Source: Lingula anatina (Eukaryota; Animalia; Brachiopoda). Taken from it: a stretch of 64,000 nt of DNA. Both the position numbers and the translations under genes were made by a program. Positions 51,372 through 64,000 of the stretch are shown here, one piece after another; position 1 is the first letter of the stretch, and every line of letters starts with the position of its first letter. The stretch lies in the NCBI GenBank assembly GCA_051362555.1, contig CM120644.1:15398534-15462533 (forward strand). Reading direction: 5' to 3'. The notes beneath the pieces were generated by a model that did not search any database, had not been told where the DNA came from, and saw nothing but the letters and a program-made list of their open reading frames with translations.

Positions 51372-54300
51372 GAGTTTATTAAATTCGCTGTAACGTAAAT
51401 CCTTGTAGGTAGCTATTAGTAACTAAAGAAAAAATCCCTCCCAGGGCAATATCTACTACCTTGAACCTTAGCTGCCCTAACAGACAACCATCGATGAGTG
51501 ACTCCCGGCACAAGCGAGATACCAGAAATTTCAATTAGACGCGGTTGCCTTGATAGTCTTCGGTTGGCAGGCACTAAGTAAACGCTGTCGGATTTCTTAT
51601 GAAAACGCTGCTGATGGCTTGGAAATTCTAAAGACGACGTGGTCGTACCGTTTACACGCGAGAAACGTTCAGAACGCACCTGCTTTGCAACAGAACTTGG
51701 GTGGTTTTGAGTGGGTGACAAAGCGTTGGCAAAATGCCGACTACAATCTTGCATCAGTATTGTCACTAGACACAACAATATTCATTGGTAAACAGGAATC
51801 ATTCAAGATGTCCTTGCACGAGGCCTTTGTCACTATATGACGTAATATATGTTGTAATATATATGGGGCTAACTTTTTAGCTATAAAAGTGAAACTCTGC
51901 GTCTGTTTTTTTTTTATTTTTCTTTTAGAGCAATGAAAAAGTAACAGTCAGAACACCATAAACCAGTATTGTTCTTCAATACATGAATTAGACAGAATAT
52001 AAAAGTAAACAATTAAAATATATTCGTTGGTAAATTATGTCTTATTTCATTCGTTGGCGTACTACACACGTTTGTCTGCCATTATTTCTAACTCCCATTC
52101 TCATCCAAATCCCGCGAAATCTCGCTTGATTTTACTGTAAGTCGCGAGACTATGGGCGCTCTCGGATTATCCCCATTACGCAAAAACCTTGTGTAGAATT
52201 TTTTCAAATCCAAACGAGTTGACAGCCAATTTGTTATATCCTTCAAAATCAAGAAACATTTTACAAAGTCATGTATGGTTCTGTAATGGAAACTATGATA
52301 CCGTGGCATCGATTCAAACGTTTGGCTGACTTAAATGTCAAACAAAATTTCATTCTTCAACACGATAACAGCTCTCAAAAATTGCAGTTGTAAAACGATG
52401 CCCGCAGAACTCCAACCAAATCTCTCGCTAACTGACAAACGAACGAGACCTTTGAACAATTAATAATGAAGTGAACAGGAAGAGCAGCTTTTAGAAATCC
52501 CCCGGTAAATCGAGCCAGAGTTAATAAAATAAGACGCTACATCAAAGAGCTTTTGTGTGTACTTACTCAAAACAACCGATTTAATCTCACCTTGACTGAG
52601 GTAAGCTGCTAGTATTACAAAATAGACTTAACCCGCAAAAACGTATACTGTGTACTTTAAACACATGCAGTAATAATATTTTCATAAGACGTCTGTTATC
52701 TTGAAAGAGATGTTTGAAACACGCCAATGATATGTATACTGTATCTATCCAAATGACAGTGGATAATGTAAATATCTTTTATCAAGAACACCTGCAAGTG
52801 TTAATGTTTGGGGGCGTGCGCGTGTGAAAATAGAGCGTGCACATGCATGTGCATATATCTTATCGATCGATCGATTTCTACTTACTTACCTACCTTCTTA
52901 CCTATCTGTCTATCTGTCTACCTGTCTATCTGTCTGTCTAGCCTGTCTGATTTTGTTACGTAACAATTCAGATAAACCTTTACCTCTGATGCAATATTTA
53001 AAAATGAATAAATAAACGAATAAATAATAAATAGTACTCGGGGACAGTTTTACTATAATGATTGTTTGGTGCAGGGAAAGGAAAACTGCAGGATTATATC
53101 ACGCTTTATTTGCTATATCATTTTATCAATATTTTTTCGGAGGAAGAGGGTATCTAAAGAAACGTTGTCCACAATGTTCCCTCAAGATCCACCGTTGATT
53201 CTATAGCAATGATGCCATTTAATAAGATAAAAACGGTTTTTAAAGACTTGCTTAAAAATTCAGCCATAAAAAAATCAAAAGAAAACAAAAAACATATAAC
53301 ATGCAAAGAAAAAGTAGTAGTAATAGTAGTAGTAATATTGTTTTAACATTATTAGCACACGATTCGCGCGCGCCCTCTTACGTTCAGGACACATGTACTT
53401 CCACGTTCATACATTTCACCTCAAAAGATAATCAATGAAAAATAGGTCAAATATTCAACATGTGTACATCTTTCCCGAACCTTTGACCTCTTGACGTCAG
53501 CTTACTCCCCCACAAACAAGCACCACCGCATCAACAGACGGGAAATCATGATAAATTCAAATGGGGAATCAATTCGAGCCTAATAACATTGTAAACCATG
53601 AACCACAATTTAAATACTACACTGTACCTGTTGTATTTGCATCGACCACGTGAGGACATTCATTCAAAACATTAAGCTTAATAATTTATTTGCTAGATAA
53701 ACAAAAACATTTGCTAAGAGTAGAAGACACACAATGAATCAAGAAAAACAACCTTTGTATAGAATTGATTGTATCAAGCTAAGACGCTTAATAAAACGTT
53801 ACAATAGATTGGCCTCCAGCCAACAACGTCAGTTGGCCGAAAACACAACGTCATAGGTGCGTTAAATCGAAAATCTGGCATATTTTGTTCTTTTCGTTTA
53901 ATCAGAAGTCCAGTTAATTCTTTTAAATTCTTATTGTTATAATGAATCGATAGAATACTAATGAAAGAAGAAACACCGAAAAGCAAAAGTTGTTTCATTA
54001 GCTGTGTTATGCACCCAAAGTTTCAATAATACAGATTAACCACTTCTGTAATATTTCACTCCTCATAACAAAAATGTTGTTGGAAGAACTGTTTAACTTC
54101 AAAAGCTATTTGCAGTTATTGCTATTTGCAGTGTTTGTCTCTTTATCTTTCTCTTTCTATGTGTGTCTATTAATATACCTGTCTTTCTTTGCATAGAATA
54201 TAATCAAATAAAACTTACATAAGTGCTACAGGGAGTAATAACCTTTATGGCTAAATGGAACGCTGCTGCGGCCCCTTTTCCCGATTCAACACTTCGACCT

Positions 54301-57300
54301 AACGGTGCATTAGCAAAAAAAAATCAATGAAAAGAAAATATTTTATCAGAATCTTATAAAAATTCAGTGTAAATAGCGATTTCCCAGCTGGTTTTTGAAA
54401 AATATACGAATGTACTTTGGCTTATATATTTTATCGAATTTGTTTTAAGGGGAAATCACCCGAATGGGAAACGCTTTTGGACTATTAGTAACTTTAATTG
54501 ATTGCAAGACTATTTTGTACCATCCATTCTTCCTGAAACTGCTGTCGTAGCATCCTCAACATTGGGGTAGAGAAAAATGAGACGTTAAAATTTCCTGCGA
54601 CACGGATGAACGCGTCCCAGACGCTATCAAGACCCTTTGTCAACAAACTTTGTTTTTGGGATGCTTTTAAACGATTTTTCCATCAAAAAATAATCTGTCG
54701 TTGTGCAATGTATAATTGAGACATGATTAATCTACCCAAGCTTAACTGATTTTATGGATTGTGCAGGTATTATACGAACAAGGAAAATAATGTGTTTAAA
54801 TAACCATTGTTTCCGCTATTGTCCGCCTATGAATTATATTCAGAGATTTTTTTTGGAGGACTGTACAATAAAAAATCCTTCAGCAACAAGCGTAACGCAG
54901 TCCTAGTTCACGAGTTCGATTTCGAGCCGTCATAAAATGGACGAATACAGTATTAAGCTAAGTCTCCATTTGTCATTTACACAGTTGCGTTTATGCTGCT
55001 CTGTTGATTTCTCTCCTTGTAAATATACATAATGTAACATATATCTTCTATTTTCTATTTGGTAAATCCACACACACAGGTTTCTAAACTGTCTGATTAA
55101 TCTCAGATTCAAGTAACCAAATAATTTTCACATAAAACAACAGAAGATAATAGATGTTGTTCCAGACAAAAACGTAACCACCTGACTGCTCGCTGAAACC
55201 ACATTGTTCGTACAAAACCAACAAAATCAATGCAATTCCACCGTGGACACTGCCATTGATAGCCAGTAAGTATTTAATGTTCCCAGCGTGTTTAAGCATC
55301 AATAAAAAGCTAATTGCTAGTAAGGTGAAAATGACCAATGCCATCCTAAGTCAAGTTAGTTACTTTGCCAGCGGGCAATCAAAAAAGAAACATAAATTAT
55401 TAAAAGTAAATTGACGCATTTTGCCTCTTGCGTCACCTTAGGCTTATTCCGCCACTGAATCAAAACTGATGCGTTTTAAATTATAAATGGTGAACCATTT
55501 TACGTGTTAACAAGTAAACACATTTAACGATGACCTAAGCCAATTCAATGCTACAGATTGTCAAACGAAATTAATCAATGTTTGCTTTGCACCTTACGAT
55601 TCAATGCGTTTAAGGTCAGTGACACGTGTTATGAAACTGTCGAAATAAAACGAAAGCGAGATAGCGAGATCTCGCGAGACCTAAAACCGTTTCTGTGCCC
55701 TCTAGCGGCTGACCCTCGGTGTAGAATCATCCCTTTTTGAGTGTGGTAGTATTGAATGAAAGAAGCATCTATAAAATTTATCAAGAAAGGTGTGAACCAC
55801 CAGGTCATGCGTGTTGTTTTAAATCTTACGCAATTACACAATAACGATTTCTGTGGCCCAAGATGAAGTGACCCAAACACCGGATACCTGCAAGTCACGT
55901 TTTAAAACAGTCGGCACTGAATGAAATAACGATTTTTAATTGGCCCATTTCAACTGACCCGTGTCTTCCCACACCTCAGTATTGATAATAGCATGACCAT
56001 GTTAATAATAGCACTGGACAGTCCGGAAAACGATGGAGCATGAAGTCAGGTCCAGCGTTATAATTATAACGTATCTGACCCTTTGCTATGACGTTAATTT
56101 CTTATTAAATGTACACGCTAATGCGTCCACCACGTCAAAACACACTAATTAACATCAGTTGAGGCGCTGCACGCTTTAGTCATTACACACGACGTGATAT
56201 AATTGCATGGCAATGCATGCTGAGTGGCCTCCAGCTTGATTATGATATGAACATCTTTGTTGAAATCCGTATGAATAAGATGTATTCCTAGCAAAGCTGG
56301 ATAAATGGCACGTGAACGGAAACTGTCGCAAAATATCGTTTTACAGTCTAGGTTCCCATCACATCAGTTTTAACATGGCGCTAATTAAATGACTTGAGGC
56401 GAAGTTCAACACGATTCGCTTAATTTGTTCAGATCAAATGTCAAACTTGTCGTTCTTTTGATTTGAACTTTCTCCCTTCTTGTCACGTTTTACATTATGG
56501 CGCAAAGTTGGCTTACTTTCAGTAAATGAATCGTATTAGTGAATAAGTAAATGTTGAAAAAAGCAATTTTTTGTCTAAAACTCTTTCACTGTTACGTACA
56601 TGTATCTTTTAGAACTACTGCAATGTGTTCACTTTCATGAATAATTTAGCCTCCCGCCCAGTGAAGAAGCAGAAAATATCCATTAAGCCCACAAAATCAT
56701 GTTCCCCATGTGCAGTACTACAAAATGCCATCATAATCGCTTCCCTCGCGTCCTAATATTTTGTACCCTTTTAAAAACCGCAGGTTTCTAGGCAGGAAAA
56801 GTTGCCAGTAATTGAAGTGGTTATTTCTTTTGTTCCTAGAAATTGGAAAGACTTAAAGCAGAATTTCGTGTTCAAATGGCATCTACGTCCCACAGGCGAA
56901 TTGGGGAAGAGGCGCGGTTTGCTTTGACATTGCATCCAACTAATCTTGAAACGCAATATATGAATATTTTACATGTATAACAGTGCAAACAAAGGCATGA
57001 TACAATAAAGCACTTACCGACTCCTAGCACAGACGGAGATAACTTTAAATTGTTTTCTCTTTTTCAACGAAAGCTGTCGTTGTTAACACATTGTTGGTTT
57101 TTTTATCATCCTTTAACGCACGTCTGCGCTGAAAGAACTTCGCAATGTACACTCAGCTCCGTCCGCGAACATTTTCCAGTGCACTTACTGTCTTCTCTCT
57201 CTCTCTCTCTGCCACGAACATTAAAAAAAAAAAGATTGAACCCACTCACTGTATATGACACATCAAAAACAGATACATATATCTACTTCTGATACGACTG

Positions 57301-58367
57301 AGATTGGAGCTTAATAATTATTAACCCACACTTATCAAGTAGAGAACAGAATAAAAAAAATCCAAACACTCCCTCCTATCTTACGTTTTCATATATAATA
57401 AGTTGTGACATTCAATAACATGTGGTTTAGAAGAGTTAATGACTACATTATAATCTAGTTAATGGTATCCTGTCATTTGTTCCGATGAATTAAAAAATAT
57501 AATAATAATTAATTCAAATTCTCCATGACATTGAAAAAAAAAGGAAATATACATCAATCCTTAATAACAGTCAGTCTGATTTAATCTGACAATGATGATA
57601 TGATTGGTGATAAAAAAAAAAAAAACTCGGGATTAATTTATAACTTGATATTGCAGTACAGCACTCCTCGACCCAAATTGGATTCACATATCCGTTGTCT
57701 TTATTTGATAATTGCGCCATACAGTATCTATGTCACTACTACGTTTTTAGCAGCTACCCTGCGTTTCGGAGGTTTACGGGTGACTTTCACCAACTTTTCT
57801 TAATAAACTTGATACACCCTAGGCGAAAAGTGAAACTGAAAGTGAATCTACAACGAATTTTAGTTCATATACCCATATCGTTCATGACAGTGTGGGAACA
57901 ACTACAGCACTAACAGCAGTACAGGTTTCTGTACCGGTTCAGCTTGAGGGATTACAATGAACCATTACGAAAAGCCTTTACAGAATATAGTCACCACCTA
58001 TAGGCATCAATTTTGACTGGTAGTTTGGGGCTTGTGATAAGGACACACCCCCCCCCCCTACACCTCACCAGGCCCGTAGCGAAATTAAGTTAAGACCAGC
58101 CAAAATGTTGTGGTACAGAAAATTGTATCGGGCGATGCAAGAAGGGGTTTAGTATCTAAACGAGCATATAAAACGAGCTTTATTCAAATTTCCTTTCGGA
58201 ATAAAGCTACAATATCCGTAACAGACCTTTTCAAAAGATAAAGGAAGCCGCGATGCAAGAGCATGTACACTGAATTCCACGTTTCAGGCCTCGCACTCGA
58301 CTGACTATTTCCGGTCCAGGTACTCGTTTCGCGCTCTTAACGACAAATTTAGTTACCTTGAATATAA

Positions 58368-58408
<41 letters not shown>

Positions 58409-58926
58409 AAAGCGGATCTAGACTGTTCCGACCAAGTACATCAAAAACGGAGGATGAAGAATATTTATTCCTGGAATTTATATACTAGTATTGCACACCA
58501 TGGCGGAAGAGGAAAAATAACTCGCTAAAAGATAAAGAAGCATATACAACCTCAGTTTACAAATAGCAGCAGACGATCTTGGAAAATCATTCCATCCCCC
58601 AGACAGATCTTAGCAAACGCCTTGAATACCGTGACACTGTTTATCAATTTGACGACAAAACGTCCGTCACTAATCAAATGATTATCGATATTAATGTGAA
58701 AAATAACAGGATTTAATGCATGTATATGTCCTTTTAATGATAAGTTATGCGAAACGTGCACTTGAAATCACAATTTATCACACTTCATGCTTAATTACGT
58801 TGTCAGTTTTATTTTACTTGTGTTATTTAATACTAAGTATTTCCTGGTATATGGTTTGTTTTGGAATTTTTATGTTTTTTTTTTAATTCTTATATCGTAC
58901 AGAGTGCTGATATGAGTGTCCGGTTA

Positions 58927-58966
<40 letters not shown>

Positions 58967-60430
58967 CTTACTTCAAATATACCATCAACTTAGAACCATT
59001 GAACGAATTTGATCAAAGCCACATACAAACAAGAAGCGCAATAACTATAGTAGAAGATACCTCACCTTTTACGTATAACTGGGGGCTTCCCGCAGAGCAT
59101 TGGATATCAAATTGATTTCGATCTCTCTGGTTGGCGAGTATCTCAACTACGTTTTGGTTCTCGTATTCCACATAACCTTAAACCGTAATTACATCCTCCT
59201 CGCAACTTTCCGTCGACTGTTGATACCCCGAGAGTGGAGTAAATATAACGGGAGCACTGCATAAATACAAGGCATGTGGTTGAGGGGGGCTAGGGACACT
59301 GCAAACTTTAAGTAACAGTTCAAATGCTATCACTTGCCTTGTTGCCCATGCTGTTATCACCAAACGATTGCCATCTTTTGGTTTAAGTGAAATATTGAGT
59401 CTTACCTTGCTAGCAAGTTGAAGTTTTTGCCAAGCATCTCTGGCTTCGCTGTTTACTGTTTGATCTAGCGTTCCTCCAATAAGTCACAGAAGTCAACGAC
59501 ACGCTCGTGTTGCGCTCGGACACATTACCATACGAAATAGCCCTAAATATTTGCTCAGTCATACACATACGCGTAAACAGCGCACCAGGTAAGTCAAGCC
59601 CCACTGATAATGCCACCGAATACCTGTGATATTTGCCAAGTCAAACAGTTACCCCACTTGGTAGAGAGAAGAGAGAGAAACTGAGGTGGTAATTACCGGT
59701 TTGTTAACCTCCCTCCGCATTCCTCTTACGTCCAATAAGTATTGTTTGTCTGTCATTGAAACACAATTGATTTTTCATGCTGCCGACTTGATCGATCTTC
59801 CAATAACAGGACTTTACCCTTTTGGACCCCTACGCTCGTGACGGGCCACATTGATTTTTGTCGTGGGCCCGTTGGTCGCGGGACAGGACCAACATGCGTG
59901 ATATGCTTGGTTCGGGGCCAGGATGGGATTTGGTCTGAGACCTGCTCCTGCACGTTGGCTAGGAAACAAGCACCTTGAGATTGTATTCCGAGACAATTTA
60001 TGACGACTTAACTTGGTACCTGTGTTCTTAACAGAGCTTATATTTACGGTTTTAAATCAAGAACGACGAATCTAACGGTTTGCGTCTTACCTCAAAAACA
60101 ATGAACAAAAAAAAAGGAGTCTCGAAACGGTAAGAAATAACAGAGTTTTTTTAGTCAGATACCCACATATATTTCTCTGGTTATTTCTGCTCTGTAGTGA
60201 TTGTTCCGGCGAGAAATTTTGTACAACTTCAGGTACACCCTCACCCCATCCCCATCCCACCTTCCCACCTTAAGTAGAAAGCACGGTACTCTGTCACGCA
60301 GAGTCGGTCTGAGCTAGCGCGCACTAAGCTGGGAAGTCCCAGCTTGACTGAAAGCGCGACCTGATACGCACGTGAGAACGTGCCTTTATTGCCCTTCCGG
60401 TTAGATGGTCGTGAAAGGTTTGCACGAGAT

Positions 60431-60635
60431 TGACATGACATGATGCAACCCGCACTTCATTAAGATTCAAGACAGGTGTGATTTTAACACGGTAGAAATA
60501 TGAAATAATTGTTTGCTTTTGTTTTTCCGATTCATGACATGACATAACCCTCATTTCATTAAGGTTTACGACAGGTGTGATTTTAATACGGTAGATATAC
60601 ATGGAGTATTTGTTTTCTTTTGCTCGTCTGATTTA
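60431..60635. repeat. Diverged ~100-bp tandem duplication
   Basis: ACAGGTGTGATTTTAA.ACGGTAGA occurs at 60472 and 60571. Confidence 0.8.
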
Positions 60636-61549
60636 TCAACTTTCTCAGATATTTTGTTTATGTTGTACATTTAAATCATTCTAAGTAAGTTATATCTGAC
60701 ATGCCTGTGTGATAGGCCTTGCTGGGGATTTATGGGGGGGAGGGGGGGGGGTGTAATATAGTTATACATCGAAACCAGTCCAGGTATGTGTTTTCAAGTT
60801 TCTAGATGTTGTTTTCTGAAATTTGTTTATCATATGTGGAAGTCCCAAGAGCATTCACAAATTTCAGCTCAGCTACTGACTTTTTGAGGCAAGCAGCACT
60901 TCAAGTACGCCTTTCCTTCTTAATTTATTCATATTTGACTTTTTTTGTTATAATTCATCTATTTTTTATTGCTCATTGGTTTTGAAGTGGCAAATTGTCG
61001 CCTTACACCAGTGTAGGGGTCTTTGCTCACATTTCGAACCGATGTATAAAAAATGAAAGTCCATGTAATAGAGAGTCCGCCTTCCATTAAATCTGCGCAG
61101 GTTAGGGTAAGCGATACGCTAGTGGGTCAAAATATAGGATGGGGCTTTTCTGCACAAATCAATGGGAATATGGGAATCGGACCCTGTTTCACGGAACACA
61201 CGGATGTTACCAGGCTATACGTTAGCAGGGATAAAAGCCCATACAATCACATTAATTCAGAATATAAAATTCCAAGTAAGACGCCCAATGATTTTTATGT
61301 TTTGTTTTGTTGGTGAAAAATGTTATGAACACATAGTTCGAAATCCATTTCTTCCGTTATGCTGTTCCTTCTCACCCAAAAAAATCGAGTCGAGAAACAA
61401 TTGGTTTACGTAAAACTATTCCCGAGTAATCAAAAACGTGTAACGAGGATGTAAGAAAATCGAATGTTGAAGCAATCGGTTCGCGAACATGTAAAAGGTT
61501 TTACTAGAAATCAAAATGTGCCTCTAGGATACTTGTATAATGAAATTAA

Positions 61550-61887
61550 AGGGATAATAACTCTTCGCATGAGATCTATATTTCACAATAAAAACATTGT
61601 GAACAACTCACAGAAATATAATATATTCTGTTTTACCATAAAAACGTCAGTAATAGCTATTACTCTGATATCTGAGCTTGTCTTCTGAGCACGTGACCTT
61701 CCTTGATGGCTATACTCTGTTATAATCTCTTAAGAGATTTTAACAAAAGACCAAACTTTTTAGAAAAAAAAACAGGGACTTGTTTTGAATGTAAAAATGG
61801 ATTCATTAGCCATTGGTAAGTACGGAAAAATTGTTGTTTACTCCAGGAAAATTCATTTTTTGACCAAAACGAAGAGTTATTATCCCT
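61550..61887 (-). mobile_element. TTAA/AGGG MITE, copy 3 (inverted relative to copy 1)
   Basis: Perfect 18-bp TIR with TTAA flanks; interior is the reverse complement of 1199-1543. Confidence 0.85.
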
Positions 61888-63548
61888 TTAAGTATTAAAA
61901 CAGTTGGCTTACGTAAAAAATTTTATCAGAAACGTGTCGCAAGGATGCAACAAAATCGAGTTTCAGAAATAACTGCTTCACTCGTTTTTTTTCGTTCTGG
62001 GATATCAAAAACAAGACACGAGGAAATAACAAAATTTTCAAATCTTTAATATTAATGGAGTCTATTTAATAGAGTTTTTAAAATTAATCTTCACTGAAAA
62101 AGTCAACATTTGTTAATTTGTTAATTACATTTGTTAATTAGTTCATCAATCATCACTTTTGTATTGCAACTCTTTGAACCACACAACAATTCCTAAATGC
62201 GACACATCAACAAAGCGCTTTTACCTCATTCAACGTAATCAATAATCTTACCATTAACCACTCGTTCAAACTCCAGTCCTGCTGTCACTATTAAAAACCT
62301 ACTCTCTAACCCTTTATATCCAAGTATAACTTGTTTCCATATCTCTCTCGCAGCAATTTGAACGTCTACCTCTAAAAACGACTCGAAAAACACCCCGACT
62401 GAGTTCATTATTTGTTTCTGTAATCAATGGTTTTGCCATTTAACGTGTGTTTACGCCCACCGTCAGCAAATTAGACTAATGCTTGCCTTGATCAATGCGA
62501 CAGAGGCTGGTTGTGTAAAAGTCAGTCGATGAAGTGGCAATTAATGCTTAAGTGTCTGGCAAGCTATTGTTACAAAGTGAGCAAAAATTGAGTGCTTTGG
62601 AACAGTGGCGTGATCAAGATTTTGCTAAAAAGGGGGGGGGGGGAGTTCATCGTTCAGCTGTCGAGAACACAATGCAACTTAAGTTGCCATGCAATGCGCA
62701 GTGTTGATATTGGTTGGTTCAGTCCCACTTTACGAGTTATGGTGAATTGTTTTTATTTATCATCCATACATTTTGGTGGTGGTGGGGAGGGGAGCAAGGG
62801 AAGGGGATAGTTTTGAGGCTAGGAAATAAACGAGCCGCTATTCAAACCCACCTCATCCCAATCCGCCATTATGGAAAGCCTTCACGCTTTAATTAGTTTT
62901 TATGCTGTTTTTAGCAACATTTCAACTGTCAGACGAAAAATGTGTGGTCACTATCTTAGAGCAAATCGTACCAGCGTGTCAACTTAGCCAGCAGGTTCAC
63001 CTTATGATTGAATACGATTCAGCTTATGACTTCTCCACCCCACCCCTAACTTCCCTGAGACCAGTAGCTCAGCTTGAACCTCATTTTGTGCGTGTGCCTT
63101 TCCTGCAGATTCTTGGCAGGTTACAGTGTTGTTGCTACATGCTTCGTTCGATTTAACACGGAGCTAAAGGTTCTGAATTTGGCGCGATTTGCCACCGAAG
63201 GTTTACTTTAACGCGATATTTAACACGGCCGGCTGCTTTAACTAGCTGGAAAATATCCCAATCCAAACAATAAAGCCAGTTCACCAGTATACAAGCTTAA
63301 AATTACCCTTAAACCATCAAAAAACTTAAACTCAAGACATGTTTACTTTTATATAGAGTGACGTGAAGAAAAGTTAAACTTCACCCAGAAATAAAGATCT
63401 CTTGTTTTAACAAATGAATCACTGTGTTGCGCTGTGTTTTCAGCTGTGTGGGAATTGCGGCATATTACTGCAAGTACTCCGCAATATGCTTGCTGTCAGT
63501 TTTAATTATTGTTCGCTGAGGTAACAGTGGGCTTTTGAGTTTTTGAGA

Positions 63549-63552
<4 letters not shown>

Positions 63553-63596
<44 letters not shown>

Positions 63597-63607
63597 CGTG
63601 TATTGGG

Positions 63608-63663
<56 letters not shown>

Positions 63664-63672
63664 CGTGTATTG

Positions 63673-63707
<35 letters not shown>

Positions 63708-63732
63708 TGTGTGCGTGTGAGAGAGAGAGAGA
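63553..63732. repeat. Duplicated compound microsatellite (GA)n-AAGGCGTGTATTGGGG-(TG)n
   Basis: The spacer AAGGCGTGTATTGGGG occurs twice between GA and TG runs; an analogous structure lies at 9365-9503. Confidence 0.85.
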
Positions 63733-64000
63733 AAGAAAGCACAATCTTATTTAGTTAAAATACTACTGTTCCCAGATGCTACCGGTAATACATCAAAGCC
63801 TTTTTATTTCTGACTGAAATTGTGTGGAGAGGCAGAGAGTGGGCCGTCTGTTAACCGTACGAGTTAGCTGAAATGCTAGAGATCCATTACCCGCAGAAAC
63901 AAAATTTTCAACTTAAAATAGCCATTCTTTTGATGTGTGTTTATGCATGATTATTTGGTCATGGCTCTTCCATTCAGAGTTTTTATTTTGTCATAATAGA

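Noticed and set aside
55084-55344. 86-aa hydrophobic ORF resembling a small membrane protein
   Set aside because: AT-rich composition readily gives such ORFs; no motif or exon context.

Overview
This is AT-rich, intron-rich eukaryotic (animal, probably invertebrate/lophotrochozoan; inference) genomic DNA, so most ORF-track entries are microsatellite or antisense noise. I assembled three genes by hand from GT-AG boundaries and codon phase. (1) A 7-exon minus-strand transmembrane mucin (14231-8476, 666 aa): signal peptide, Thr/Ser/Pro domain, SEA-like domain, Cys-rich/EGF region, TM helix and a short tail ending in a class-I PDZ motif (MTTDL). This is a MUC3/12/13/17-type architecture. (2) A complete 12-exon minus-strand class B1 (secretin-family) GPCR most like PTH receptors (41197-18098, 641 aa), with two substitutions at normally conserved positions (P5.42b->S, Q7.49b->S). 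(3) A plus-strand C2H2 zinc-finger ORF with 13 intact fingers (44329-45441), flanked on both sides by decayed fingers; its canonical helix Leu is replaced mostly by Cys. The rest is introns and intergenic DNA carrying several MITE families (TTAA/Kolobok-T2-like, Harbinger-like, hAT-like, foldback), Helentron-type elements, local tandem duplications and microsatellites. I saw no rRNA, tRNA, CRISPR or autonomous transposase. All family assignments come from motif recognition only; no database searches were run.
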